DNA from: Peptostreptococcaceae bacterium
GTDB lineage: Bacteria > Bacillota > Clostridia > Peptostreptococcales > Peptostreptococcaceae
Direction of reading: 5' to 3'
Assembly: GCA_051654865.1 (NCBI GenBank)
Contig: JBOFYV010000007.1
Span: 32,053-96,052, forward strand
DNA: 64,000 nt
The notes under the pieces were generated by a model that made no database searches, was not told the origin of the DNA, and was given only the letters and a program-made list of their open reading frames with translations. Both the position numbers and the translations under genes were made by a program. This document shows, one piece after another, positions 47,830 through 58,852 of the stretch (positions within the stretch are counted from its first letter, which is position 1; each line of letters begins with the position of its first letter).

Positions 47830-50052
47830 GTGTATATAAGGGGAGCAAAATCAAAGAAAATACATATAATCACGTTACTAATATTAGGAATTATTGTATT
47901 TGGGGTAAGTGTATTTATTAGTAATAAAGAAAAAATAATAATCAATAAAATAGAAAATACATATTTAGAAGATAAAAACTTAAGTCAAAAACAAATAAAA
48001 ATAATAGAGTCAACAATATTAAATAAAAAACATCTATTCCCAGATGAAAAGTTTATTTTGGGATATTATTATTTATTTGAAAAAAATAACCCCGAGTTAG
48101 CATATAACTACTTTGAACAGGTAGTAAAAAATATATCATCTGTAAAATCTAATTTCGCAAAAGTATATAGCTATAAATTTTTATCAGATAAATATTTAGA
48201 AGAGGGGGATATAGAAAGAGGTATAGAATTCACAAAACAAGCATGCCATAGTATGAGTACAAAATTATATTCAAAAAATTTAAATATAATAAATGATATA
48301 TTTAGACCGATTTTAGATGTAAAAGAAGGACGAGAATTAATAATTAATTTCCTTGAAGGTATTTTATTAGAAAATGAAAAAATGGGAAATTATGAAATAT
48401 CACTTTATGCTTATAGAACATTAGAACAATTTTATACACTAAAGGGTGATTTAGTAAGTGCAATAGATGCCAGTGTAAATACAATAAGTTTATCAACCAA
48501 ACTGAACAAAGACTACTTTAAAGGTAAATCAATAGTGCATCTGTCACGAATATTATTTGAATTGGGGGAATATAGCGAAGCGCTTAAACTATTGAATGAG
48601 GTAAAAAATATACAACCCAATGACCTTGAGTGGAATGATAAACTAAACATATACAGGCTAATAAGCTTAGCACAGCTCGAAATAGAAAATAAAAATTATA
48701 ATAAAGTTTTAGATTATGTAAATGAATTAGATAAATATAAATATAATATTAGCAAAGAAGATTGGCAAGATACAAAAATTTTACAATATATAATAAAAGC
48801 TCAAATATATATAAAACAGAATAAAATAAGTTTAGCAACAGAGAGCTTAGAACAAGCAAAAGTATTAATAGAGATAGATAAAGTAGTATATTTTCCAGAT
48901 AAAGACATATATTATTATAATATATTAGCACAACTTAATGAAAAAAATGGAAATTACGAAATGGCCATAGAAGAATATAAAAAAGGTAAGCAATTAGCAA
49001 TAGAAAGAAATAACATAGATGCAGTTGAACATAGTATATCTAATTTACAATCTGTATATAAAAAAGTAGGAAATAAAGCAGAGTATGAAAATAGCTCTAT
49101 AGAATTAATCAAAGTAAAAGAAAATAAAAAACAAAACATATCAAAGTATTCTTATAGTTATGTTATGAAAAACTATGAGCTGAATAATATAATAGAAAGT
49201 GATAAGAAAATTAAAAATAATAATACGATTCTATTCATTATATCTATCATTGTGGTCTTGTTAATATATGTGATTAATATACATCCAAAAATTAAGAATA
49301 AGATTTTATCTATCAAAATAGATAAAAGAATTAGAAATAATAACTATATATTAAACTATCAAGCAATAGTAAATCCTAAAAAAGATGAGATTGTGGGATA
49401 TGAAGCACTATTAAGATTAAACTCAAAGGGTAAAGTTATAATGCCATACATACTAATTAAGGAGCTGGAAGCATCTAAAAAGATGGGTGAAATATCTATT
49501 TATATACTAAAGCAAATAATTAAGGATTATGCTTTAATTAAAGAAAAAGCAAATATAAATAGTGATTTTTATATATCTATGAATATATCAATATTAGAAA
49601 TAGAAGATGAGAAAATAATAGAACAACTTATAACAATTCTTAAGCAATCTAAATTAGGAAATAATACTATATGTATAGAAATAACTGAAAATATAGGTAT
49701 TAAAGATTTGCAAAGTGTTGAATCAAATATTATTAAGCTTAGGAGCGCAGGATTTAAAATTGCTATAGATGACTTTGGTATAGAGTATTCTAATTTATCT
49801 ATGTTACAACTAACTCAGTATGATATAGTGAAAATAGATAAAATATTTATAGATAATATTGAATCGTCTGATATAAATAAGTACATCATAGAATTTTGTG
49901 ATTATATGTTTAGTAAAAAGGATAAAGTAGTAATAATTGAAGGTGTAGAAGAGTATAATCAGGTAGAATTTATAAAAAATATGAAGCATAATAAGTTTTA
50001 TATACAAGGATATTATTATTCAAAACCATCAAAGTTAGAAGATATATTATAA
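47830..50052 (+). CDS. membrane protein with N-terminal TPR-like repeats, one internal TM helix and a C-terminal EAL (c-di-GMP phosphodiesterase) domain
   Basis: 740 aa; GTG start after taggagga; EAL-domain motifs YEALLRL, ExTE (EITE), DDFG, KIDK; TM at aa ~470-490. Confidence 0.7.
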   Translation: MYIRGAKSKKIHIITLLILGIIVFGVSVFISNKEKIIINKIENTYLEDKNLSQKQIKIIESTILNKKHLFPDEKFILGYYYLFEKNNPELAYNYFEQVVKNISSVKSNFAKVYSYKFLSDKYLEEGDIERGIEFTKQACHSMSTKLYSKNLNIINDIFRPILDVKEGRELIINFLEGILLENEKMGNYEISLYAYRTLEQFYTLKGDLVSAIDASVNTISLSTKLNKDYFKGKSIVHLSRILFELGEYSEALKLLNEVKNIQPNDLEWNDKLNIYRLISLAQLEIENKNYNKVLDYVNELDKYKYNISKEDWQDTKILQYIIKAQIYIKQNKISLATESLEQAKVLIEIDKVVYFPDKDIYYYNILAQLNEKNGNYEMAIEEYKKGKQLAIERNNIDAVEHSISNLQSVYKKVGNKAEYENSSIELIKVKENKKQNISKYSYSYVMKNYELNNIIESDKKIKNNNTILFIISIIVVLLIYVINIHPKIKNKILSIKIDKRIRNNNYILNYQAIVNPKKDEIVGYEALLRLNSKGKVIMPYILIKELEASKKMGEISIYILKQIIKDYALIKEKANINSDFYISMNISILEIEDEKIIEQLITILKQSKLGNNTICIEITENIGIKDLQSVESNIIKLRSAGFKIAIDDFGIEYSNLSMLQLTQYDIVKIDKIFIDNIESSDINKYIIEFCDYMFSKKDKVVIIEGVEEYNQVEFIKNMKHNKFYIQGYYYSKPSKLEDIL

Positions 50053-50082
50053 AAATAAGATGTTATTTATGGAGGTTGTTAG

Positions 50083-51537
50083 ATGAAAATAGGTGAGAGA
50101 AAATTAAATTTATTAATGGATTTATACCAACTAACAATGTCTCAGGGATACTACAACGAGGGATTAGAAAATGCAACAGTTGCCTTTGATATGTTTTTTA
50201 GAAAAATACCAAATGGCGGAGGATATGCAATATTTGCAGGACTAGAACAAGTAGTAGAATACATACAAGGGCTAGTGTTTAGTGATGAAGAAATAAAATC
50301 ATTAAAAGAAATGAACATATTTAAAGATGAATTCTTGAATTACCTAAAAAATTTCAAATTCAAAGGTGATGTGTACTCAGTACCTGAAGGGACAGTAATA
50401 TTTCCATATGAGCCCTTAATAACAGTAGTAGGAAATCCTATAGAAGCACAGTTAATAGAGACTATGCTTTTACTTACAGTAAATCACCAAAGTCTAATCG
50501 CTACAAAAGCATCAAGAATAGTTCAAAGTGCAAAGGGAAGGGATGTACTAGAGTTTGGAGCTAGACGATCACAAGGTTATGATGGAGCTATGTATGGAGC
50601 GAGAGCATCATATATAGGAGGAGTAAAGGGAACAGCAACAACCCTAGCTACTCCAATGTTTAATATACCATCAGTAGGAACAATGGCACACTCATGGGTA
50701 CAACTATTTGAGGATGAATATAGTGCATTTAAAGCCTATGCAACAAGCTACCCAGATAGTTGCTCGCTATTAGTAGACACATATGATGTATTAAAAAGTG
50801 GTGTACCTAATGTAATAAAACTTCAAAAAGAAGTATTAGACCCATTAGGTAAAAAAGTAAAAGGGATAAGAATAGATAGTGGAGATATCGCTTATTTATC
50901 AAAACAATCTAGAGAAATGCTAGATAATGCAGGATTAAATGACTGCAAAATAATAGCTTCTAATTCACTAGATGAATATACTATATCTACACTTTTAGAC
51001 CAAGAGGCAAAGGTAGATGTATTTGGAGTAGGAGAGAGATTAATTACTTCAAAATCAGAGCCTGTATTTGGAGGCGTATATAAGTTAGTAGCTGCAGATA
51101 TAAAAGGAAATAAAGAGCTTGAACCTAGAATAAAAATAAGTGGAAATATAGAAAAAATAACAAACCCAGGACTAAAAGAAGTATTTAGACTATATGATAA
51201 CTCTACAGGTAAAGCCATAGGTGATATAATAGCCATAAAAGGTGAAACAATAGATGAATCTAAACCATATACACTATTTGACCCAACTCACACATGGCTA
51301 AGAAAATCAGTAGAAAACTACAGAGTAAGAAATTTACAAGTAAAAGTTTTTGATAATGGAAAGTTAGTATACACATTACCATCACTAGATGAAATACGTG
51401 GAAATACTAAAACTGAATTGGATACAATCTGGCCTCAAATGAAAAGATTTAATAACCCACATAAATATCATGTAGATTTATCAGAAAAATTATGGAATCT
51501 AAAAGATCAAATGCTAAAAGAAAAATCAAAACTATAA
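50083..51537 (+). CDS. pncB: nicotinate phosphoribosyltransferase
   Basis: 484 aa; N-terminal LMDLYQLTMSQGYY and central NAPRTase blocks. Confidence 0.8.
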   Translation: MKIGERKLNLLMDLYQLTMSQGYYNEGLENATVAFDMFFRKIPNGGGYAIFAGLEQVVEYIQGLVFSDEEIKSLKEMNIFKDEFLNYLKNFKFKGDVYSVPEGTVIFPYEPLITVVGNPIEAQLIETMLLLTVNHQSLIATKASRIVQSAKGRDVLEFGARRSQGYDGAMYGARASYIGGVKGTATTLATPMFNIPSVGTMAHSWVQLFEDEYSAFKAYATSYPDSCSLLVDTYDVLKSGVPNVIKLQKEVLDPLGKKVKGIRIDSGDIAYLSKQSREMLDNAGLNDCKIIASNSLDEYTISTLLDQEAKVDVFGVGERLITSKSEPVFGGVYKLVAADIKGNKELEPRIKISGNIEKITNPGLKEVFRLYDNSTGKAIGDIIAIKGETIDESKPYTLFDPTHTWLRKSVENYRVRNLQVKVFDNGKLVYTLPSLDEIRGNTKTELDTIWPQMKRFNNPHKYHVDLSEKLWNLKDQMLKEKSKL

Positions 51538-51540
51538 TAT

Positions 51541-51570
51541 AAAAAGAGGACTGCATATGTCCTCTTTTCA
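51541..51570. terminator. bidirectional terminator
   Basis: aaaagaggac tgcatat gtcctctttt. Confidence 0.75.
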
Positions 51571-52650
51571 TTATCCATTAATATTTTTATCTTTGTATGA
51601 TTTATAATTGTGTAAAAACTCTCTACTATTAAAAATATACTTACCACCTATTTGAGTATAATATGAACCTGTAGTATCATATATTTCTTTTAGTTTTTGA
51701 CTTAAGTTTTTATTGTAATATCTAAGTTCTTTAAATTCCTTTTTTAACTTATCAGCAGTCATCCATACTTTGTTTGCCCCGATATCTGACTGTTTAATAT
51801 TTTCAAAATTAATGTTGTTTTTCTTAGCATAAACATAAATCTCTGCTAATAATTCTTGTAAATTTTCGTTTGTTAATTGGTGATCAAGTTTTTTGTATAA
51901 TATAGCACCCATAGAATCAGTACCTTTTGTCTCAAGTCCTTCTTGCTTTATAAGAGCATCAAGTGGTTGCCTCTTTATATACACATAGGCAGTATTATCA
52001 AGTATATATGTGCCTCTAAGGTACTTAGCAGGCTTATGAATTACAAGTATAGGGCTATATCTACCATTAATCTCAGTATCGTTTAAATCAGATATATCAT
52101 CTATATTTTTTAAATCATAATCCTTAGACATAGTTCCATAAGTAGATCGTGCATTTAATGAGTACATATCTTCACTTTTTATATAAGCCACTATCTCATT
52201 TACATAATTTTCACTAATTATATCATCTAAGCAATGCTCTGTAGAGATATAACTATTTGCTAAGTCGTCTCTCATTTTATATAATTTTTCTAAATCTACT
52301 CCTAATGCAGAGCAAACATTTATTAATCTTTCCTCGATACTATCAATATCTACTTCTAAAAATGGTAATATCTCATTTATAGATTCCAAAGATTTTATCT
52401 TCATAATTTTATTTAGTATATCTAGAGGTGTTATCTTACTAGATTTATCAAATAGATACTTGTTTATTAATTCTTTTAAATTCTCGATATCTGTGTATAT
52501 TTTTATATAATCTGAGACTGATTGATTTCCTTTATTTAATATTTGATGTGGTATATTTATATAAGTATTATTTTCTTTAACGTATAAGTTTAAATCCATA
52601 TTTTCCATAATGTTATTTTGCCTTTCTGTCAACTTTCTTACAAATGTCAT
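51571..52650 (-). CDS. hypothetical protein (359 aa, cytoplasmic, no recognisable domain)
   Basis: Long ORF with an AT-rich promoter region upstream on the minus strand; no family recognised by eye. Confidence 0.45.
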   Translation of the reverse strand: MTFVRKLTERQNNIMENMDLNLYVKENNTYINIPHQILNKGNQSVSDYIKIYTDIENLKELINKYLFDKSSKITPLDILNKIMKIKSLESINEILPFLEVDIDSIEERLINVCSALGVDLEKLYKMRDDLANSYISTEHCLDDIISENYVNEIVAYIKSEDMYSLNARSTYGTMSKDYDLKNIDDISDLNDTEINGRYSPILVIHKPAKYLRGTYILDNTAYVYIKRQPLDALIKQEGLETKGTDSMGAILYKKLDHQLTNENLQELLAEIYVYAKKNNINFENIKQSDIGANKVWMTADKLKKEFKELRYYNKNLSQKLKEIYDTTGSYYTQIGGKYIFNSREFLHNYKSYKDKNING

Positions 52651-52737
52651 TTATATTATAACATTAAAATATACATTATAAGTTTATTTTTTAATAAATT
52701 ACAAATAAACTTATAATGTATAGGAATATACTAAAAA

Positions 52738-54138
52738 TTATTCTTGAGTAGAGTCACTAGTATGATTTAATCTACTATGTTTAGCACCGTATAAGAAGTA
52801 AACAGCTACACCTACAGCCATCCATATAGCAAATCTAAACCAAGTAACTAAAGGTATACTGAATGTTATATACAAGCAAAAAGCTATAGCAAGTATTGGT
52901 AAAAATGGAACCCATGGACATTTAAATTTTCTTTCTACATTAGGCATAGTTTTTCTTAAAACTATAATACCAGCAGATACAGCTATAAAAGCAAATAATG
53001 TTCCTATATTACATAAATCAATAATTACAGTTAGTGGGAAAAATCCTGCTATTAAGCAAGTAACAACCCCAGTTATTATAGTACAAGCACCAGGTGTACC
53101 ATGTTTTTCATTAATAGATGCAAATGCCTTTGGTAGTAATCCATCTCTTGACATAGCCATAAATATTCTCACTTGACCATATAAAGTAACCAATAAAGTA
53201 GATATCATACCTATAACAGCACCAGTAGCAACAAGAGTAGAACCCCAGTTTATACCTATTTGAGATAACGCATTAGGTATAGCATTCATAACATCAATTT
53301 TAGTAAATGGTATCATACCAGTAAGCGCTAATGCTACACCAACATAAAGTATAACAACAGAAACTAAACAAATTAATAATCCTATAGGTACATCACGTTT
53401 AGGATTTTTAGTTTCCTCAGCAGCAGTAGAAACAGCATCAAATCCTATATAAGCAAAGAATATTACAGCTGTAGCTGACATTATTCCACCCATACCAAAA
53501 GGAGCAAATGGAATGTAGTTTTGAGGTTGTATATGAGTTATACCTAAAAAGATAAATAAAAGTATAACAAAAACTTTAATACCAACTATTATATTGTTAA
53601 CCTTAGCACTTTCAGAAACACCAAGGTATAATAGCCATGTTATGACAGCAGTTATTAATACTGCAGGCAAATCAACAAAACCACCTGCTATTATAGATTT
53701 AGTAAGAAAATCTGGTAAAATTATTCCATAGGTACTCAACATACCAACTAAAGTAGATGACCATCCAGAAGCAACGGCAGCTCCAGATACTAAATATGTT
53801 AGCATCAAGTTCCATCCAATAATCCACGCTACAATTTCACCAAAGGCTACATAAGAATATGAATAAGTACTACCAGAAACAGGGAACATAGTAGATAATT
53901 CTGCATAAGTAAGTGCACATAATGCACTTGTTATTGCGGCTATAATAAATGAAATTATAATTGCTGGTCCTGCCATTAAAGCGCCTTGCCCAGTAGCTAC
54001 AAAAACACCTGTACCTACCACTGATCCGATTCCTAATAAGCCTAAATCAAAGGCTGTTAGATTTTTCTTAAGTCCACTGTTTTCTGAAGTCACTTTGAAA
54101 TCTGAGATAGTCTTTTTTCTAAAAAAATCTACTTTCAT
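52738..54138 (-). CDS. APC-family amino acid permease
   Basis: 466 aa; 12 TM; AFDLGLLGIGSVVGTGVFV N-terminal APC consensus; RBS aaggaag. Confidence 0.8.
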   Translation of the reverse strand: MKVDFFRKKTISDFKVTSENSGLKKNLTAFDLGLLGIGSVVGTGVFVATGQGALMAGPAIIISFIIAAITSALCALTYAELSTMFPVSGSTYSYSYVAFGEIVAWIIGWNLMLTYLVSGAAVASGWSSTLVGMLSTYGIILPDFLTKSIIAGGFVDLPAVLITAVITWLLYLGVSESAKVNNIIVGIKVFVILLFIFLGITHIQPQNYIPFAPFGMGGIMSATAVIFFAYIGFDAVSTAAEETKNPKRDVPIGLLICLVSVVILYVGVALALTGMIPFTKIDVMNAIPNALSQIGINWGSTLVATGAVIGMISTLLVTLYGQVRIFMAMSRDGLLPKAFASINEKHGTPGACTIITGVVTCLIAGFFPLTVIIDLCNIGTLFAFIAVSAGIIVLRKTMPNVERKFKCPWVPFLPILAIAFCLYITFSIPLVTWFRFAIWMAVGVAVYFLYGAKHSRLNHTSDSTQE

Positions 54139-54416
54139 GATTTTACTTCCTTTCTTAGTTTTAAGATTTGGTTTAGATATAAAATATATTTTATATGTTT
54201 ATATATATTATAATACAAAAAAACAAACCTAGTTATTTCAATGGTGTTAAAGTTTTTTAATAGATTAAATGATGGTTAAGTGATAGTTAAAATCTATTAA
54301 AAACATAAGAATGGCATAAAATCTGCTTAAGATGATAAGGCCTGTAGAAGTAATATTTAAATTAACTTTTAAATAGAGTATAACTAAGAGTATAAATATA
54401 AAAAAGGAGCGCTTAA

Positions 54417-55376
54417 ATGATTGTAATAAAGAAAAAATATATATACATAGCACTGTTAATAATACTGATAACAATATCAATATCAAAACTTATAGACAAT
54501 AAAAAACTATTAATGGGAGGCATAATTAACACTGCTTGCTATGAAGTAGAAGAGATAGAGGTAGATAGTAAAGACTTTAGCTTAGATCAAGAACGTTTTT
54601 TTAGACCATCGAAACAGCCAATACTTAACACTAGAAATATGAACTTTGAATACGATACAAACATAAAGCCTAATGACATAAAACTACCTAAAGAATTTTT
54701 CAAAACACCAAGTGACACCATAATAAACTACTATAGCACACTAAGAGAAGCCGCAAATCCAACAGACAATACAAACATAGGATGTGGTACTCTAGGAAGC
54801 GCTAAAGAGCCTTATAAATACGCATATAATTACTTTACAAATGCATATAAAGAAAAGAATACATACAAAAAATATTTAAAGTCCTTTGAAGATATACAAC
54901 ATATTAATTTAATAAAACTAGAAGAAGTACCAACAGATAAAGAACACAATGATGATTTAAAATACTTTGTAGAAATAGAAACAATACAAGGGTCTAAATC
55001 TAAAGTAGGAATGTTTGCATATTATTATGGATATATATATTTATCAAAAGAAGACGGAATATATAAAATAGATGAGATTGACTATACAGGAGAAAATTAC
55101 CTATGTGCACCGTATCATGGATGGAGTTATGATGCAGAGCTTTCAGTAGATATTAGATATGGAGATTGGTGCAAACTAATAAAAGAAAAACGTCCAACAG
55201 AACAAGATGGGTTTAAAAAGAAAGTTAAATTTTTAGGAACTGATAACAATGAATATATGATATTATTTTACCAACTAACTAATGGAGTTGATTTAGAAAT
55301 AGCACAATATAAAATGGATGAAAATGGAGAATGGGTAAATATATACTTAGACACAACTAAATGTATAGAACAATAA
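54417..55376 (+). CDS. membrane-anchored/secreted hypothetical protein
   Basis: 319 aa; N-terminal TM; RBS aaaggag. Confidence 0.45.
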   Translation: MIVIKKKYIYIALLIILITISISKLIDNKKLLMGGIINTACYEVEEIEVDSKDFSLDQERFFRPSKQPILNTRNMNFEYDTNIKPNDIKLPKEFFKTPSDTIINYYSTLREAANPTDNTNIGCGTLGSAKEPYKYAYNYFTNAYKEKNTYKKYLKSFEDIQHINLIKLEEVPTDKEHNDDLKYFVEIETIQGSKSKVGMFAYYYGYIYLSKEDGIYKIDEIDYTGENYLCAPYHGWSYDAELSVDIRYGDWCKLIKEKRPTEQDGFKKKVKFLGTDNNEYMILFYQLTNGVDLEIAQYKMDENGEWVNIYLDTTKCIEQ

Positions 55377-55402
55377 AACCACAGCAAAACTGTGGTTTTT
55401 TG
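55375..55402. terminator. bidirectional terminator
   Basis: aaaccacag caaaa ctgtggtttttt. Confidence 0.75.
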
Positions 55403-55426
55403 AGTTAAGAAACCTAATCTATATAA

Positions 55427-57403
55427 TTAGTTTTTATCAATATCAGATAATTCAATTCTACTAACATAATCAATAGGTGCAAAAGGTAGAGTATTAGAAT
55501 CTTCTTTAGCATCAATTATAACCTGAGGAATAGATATAACAAAGGTAGTACCCTTATTAATCTCACTATGAACCTCAATACTACCATTATGAAGAAGAAC
55601 AAGTCCTTTTACAATATAAAGTCCTAAGCCACTACCTTCATAGGGTCTTTCAAGAGAAGCATAAGAGTCTTCTTTTTTGAATTTCTCGAAAAGGTTTTTC
55701 TGTAAAATATCAGACATACCAATACCAGTATCTTTTACCGTAACAATAATTATATTATTATGTTTTTCAATGTTAACAAAAATTTCACCGCCAGAATTAG
55801 TAAACTTTATTGAATTTGACAATAGATTAAGCATAATTCTTTCAATTTTATTTTTATCAATAGAAGTAATTATTTCCTCTTCCTCAGTATCAAACAAAAT
55901 ATTTATATTATGGCTATTAGCCAAATCTACAACAGACATAGTTGCATCTTCAATAATTTCTACAATATTTTCATTTTTAAAAATCGAATCCATATATCCA
56001 AGTTCAATTTTACTAACATCAATTAAATTATTAATTAACCTTAATAATCTATTTGAGTTTTTAGATATCATAATTAGTTGAGAATCGAAAAAATCTAAAT
56101 CAACATTATTATTACTAATTTTTAGTTTTAGTAAGCTAGTTGCATTAGTAATAATGTTTAGTGGCGTCCTTAGCTCGTGAGAAAGAGTAAGTATAAAGTC
56201 TGTTCTTATTTTATCTCTTTCTAAAGATTCGTTTAAAAGTTTTTGATTTTTTTCAAATGTTTTCTTTTCCTTACGATGTGATAATAATAAAAATATTATA
56301 AGTGATAATATCAAAATAATCACACCATAAAGAGCTATTTTAATAGGCTTAGAAATCAATAAATCAAAAGGTCCTTTATTTATAAATTCACTATTTGAAG
56401 GTAAAATAGATGGATTTATATTATAATGCATAAGTTCATCATAATTAAATAATAACCTAGAAAATGAATTATTAAAGGATATAGGTATATTAAGATTTTC
56501 TCCATTATTAACAGTATCTAATAAAATATTTGATAATATTTTTCCTAACTTATATCCATCATTTACCTTACCTCCAATAGCTCCACTTTTAACGTAAAAA
56601 CTTAGGGTAGTGTATATAGGTGCTTTAGTTAAGGCCTTTATTTTATCAACTAATAACTTAGTATCAATATACTCATTATTAGCATACATATATGCTCCGG
56701 ATAAGATAATAGCGCTATTTTTTTGATTTATAGCTTTGATATTATCCTCAATATCATCAAAGTATGCAGATTTTAGAATTTTAACATTAAAGTCACGTTT
56801 TCTAGAATTAGTTAAGTTCTTAATATTAGCTTCTAAAGTACTTGAATACATACTATTGTCTAATAATAAATAGATATTATTTATTTTAGAGGATGATTCT
56901 AATATAATATCTATCAACTGAGTATTGTCTTGGTATTCAAATATCCCCTTAATATACTTTTGTTCATTTAAAGTTAAAGGGACATAATTATTAACCCCTG
57001 CAAATATAACGTGCTTGTGGTACATAAATGAATTTTCATCAAAAACTAGAGACTTTGCAAGTATTAAAGCTTCATCATCTAAAGCAATAACGCAATCTAA
57101 TTTTTTATTTTTATACTTAACATTTAATAAACTAATAAAACTATTAATAAACTCTTCAGAATCTGATGAACTTGAATCTAAATATTCAACTTTAAAATAT
57201 AACTTGTTTTCTAAACCATCTCTTAAGCCATTTAGTATAGTAGTTTCCCATCTATTTTGACTGTTGTAAGATCCTAACACTAAAACTGACTTACTTGCTG
57301 TATTGTCAGTTTTATTTTCACTGTAGGCTTGTACAATGCTACAATATATAAAAACTAGAAGCAATGTAGTATATAAAATAATACGCTTATTACTTTTAAT
57401 CAT
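55427..57403 (-). CDS. sensor histidine kinase with N-terminal periplasmic solute-binding-like (ABC_sub_bind-type) domain; orphan (no adjacent response regulator)
   Basis: HisKA H-box LSHELRTPLNII; HATPase G1 VKDTGIGMSD; G2 GSGLGLYIV; signal/TM at N-terminus; ATG 57403 preceded by TAGGAGAG. Confidence 0.75.
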   Translation of the reverse strand: MIKSNKRIILYTTLLLVFIYCSIVQAYSENKTDNTASKSVLVLGSYNSQNRWETTILNGLRDGLENKLYFKVEYLDSSSSDSEEFINSFISLLNVKYKNKKLDCVIALDDEALILAKSLVFDENSFMYHKHVIFAGVNNYVPLTLNEQKYIKGIFEYQDNTQLIDIILESSSKINNIYLLLDNSMYSSTLEANIKNLTNSRKRDFNVKILKSAYFDDIEDNIKAINQKNSAIILSGAYMYANNEYIDTKLLVDKIKALTKAPIYTTLSFYVKSGAIGGKVNDGYKLGKILSNILLDTVNNGENLNIPISFNNSFSRLLFNYDELMHYNINPSILPSNSEFINKGPFDLLISKPIKIALYGVIILILSLIIFLLLSHRKEKKTFEKNQKLLNESLERDKIRTDFILTLSHELRTPLNIITNATSLLKLKISNNNVDLDFFDSQLIMISKNSNRLLRLINNLIDVSKIELGYMDSIFKNENIVEIIEDATMSVVDLANSHNINILFDTEEEEIITSIDKNKIERIMLNLLSNSIKFTNSGGEIFVNIEKHNNIIIVTVKDTGIGMSDILQKNLFEKFKKEDSYASLERPYEGSGLGLYIVKGLVLLHNGSIEVHSEINKGTTFVISIPQVIIDAKEDSNTLPFAPIDYVSRIELSDIDKN

Positions 57404-57612
57404 AATGACTCTCCTATAATAATTGTGATGCATTTAGTTTTAGCACTATTAAAAATACTATCCATCTTGAATACTGTAAGGTTGTTTTTACCATCTATAT
57501 TTTTATACAAATTACTACACACTATTAAAGAAATTTCAACTTTAAATATTAAAGTCAGACATCAAGAGGAGGTTAATTTAATAGCTTACAAACTAAGTTG
57601 TTAAAAATAATT

Positions 57613-58818
57613 ATGCCAACTAACATAACTTTAGAAAAAATACAAAAAGCAAAAGAAACAATAAAAGATATAGTAAAGGAAACTCCATTAGTAGAAAGTT
57701 CTACACTAAACGATAGAACAGGAGCTAATATATATTTAAAATGTGAAAACCTACAAAAAACAGGTTCCTTTAAAATCAGAGGTGCATGTAATAAAATAGC
57801 AAATTTAACAGATGAAGAAAAAGCTAAAGGCGTTATTGCATCAAGTGCAGGTAACCATGCACAAGGAGTAGCATTAGGTGCAAAACTAAGTGGGATAAAA
57901 GCAACTATTGTAATGCCATCTACAGCACCATTAGCTAAAGTAACTGCTACAAAAGAGTATGGAGCAGATGTGGTATTAAATGGACTTGTATATGATGATG
58001 CCTATTCTAAAGCTATAGAAATACAAAAAGAAACGGGAGCAACTTTTTTACATCCATTTAATGATGAGTTTGTTATAGCAGGACAAGGTACAATAGTTTT
58101 AGAAATCTTTGAACAAATGAACAACAAGGTAGATACTATTTTATGCCCAATAGGTGGTGGTGGTATTTTATCTGGTATATCAGTAGCGGCCAAAGCATTA
58201 AACCCAAATGTAAAGATAATTGGGGTCCAAACAGAAAATATACCATCAATGAAAGAATCTTTAGAAAAGGGTCAACTAACAACTACATTTAAAGCAACCT
58301 CAATAGCAGATGGTGTAAGTGTAAAGACCCCAGGGGAATTGACTTTTAATATAGCAAAAAAATATTTAGATGAAATAATACTAGTTGAAGAAGATGAAAT
58401 TCATAGAGCGATGCTTTTCTTACTAGAGTCACAGAAAATAGTAACAGAAGGTTCGGGAGCATTAACAACCGCAGCTATATTGTCAGGAAAGTACAAACCC
58501 AAAAAAGATGAGAATGTGGTGTGTATAATTTCAGGTGGTAATGTAGATATAAACACTGTGTATAGGGTAATTGAATCAGGTTTAAAGGGATGTGGTAGAA
58601 GATTCACCTTTACAACTGAAATAAATGATAAGCCTGGTGGTTTAGCTGAGTTAACTAGTATAATAAGCCAACTAGATGCAAATATAATATCGGCTAATTT
58701 GACTACAACCTCAGAACTAGGAAAACTAAAAGCAGATATGACCCTGGAGACTTTTAATAAAAAGCATATAGAAAAGATATTGTCTGCTATAAAAAAAGAA
58801 GGATTCGTTATAATATAG
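57613..58818 (+). CDS. threonine ammonia-lyase (PLP-dependent threonine dehydratase) with C-terminal ACT-like domain
   Basis: PLP Lys motif SFKIRGA; GGGG loop; about 402 aa; start ambiguous between TTG 57598 and ATG 57613. Confidence 0.7.
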   Translation: MPTNITLEKIQKAKETIKDIVKETPLVESSTLNDRTGANIYLKCENLQKTGSFKIRGACNKIANLTDEEKAKGVIASSAGNHAQGVALGAKLSGIKATIVMPSTAPLAKVTATKEYGADVVLNGLVYDDAYSKAIEIQKETGATFLHPFNDEFVIAGQGTIVLEIFEQMNNKVDTILCPIGGGGILSGISVAAKALNPNVKIIGVQTENIPSMKESLEKGQLTTTFKATSIADGVSVKTPGELTFNIAKKYLDEIILVEEDEIHRAMLFLLESQKIVTEGSGALTTAAILSGKYKPKKDENVVCIISGGNVDINTVYRVIESGLKGCGRRFTFTTEINDKPGGLAELTSIISQLDANIISANLTTTSELGKLKADMTLETFNKKHIEKILSAIKKEGFVII

Positions 58819-58852
58819 GTTTTAGTACAACTATATGAAAGTTGGTGAGTTT

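Noticed and set aside
57598-57613. Alternative TTG start for the threonine dehydratase
   Set aside because: TTG at 57598 would add MLKII. Neither start has an RBS at ideal spacing (GGAGG lies about 30-40 nt upstream). ATG 57613 was chosen because typical dehydratase N-termini begin near MPTNI, but this is unresolved.
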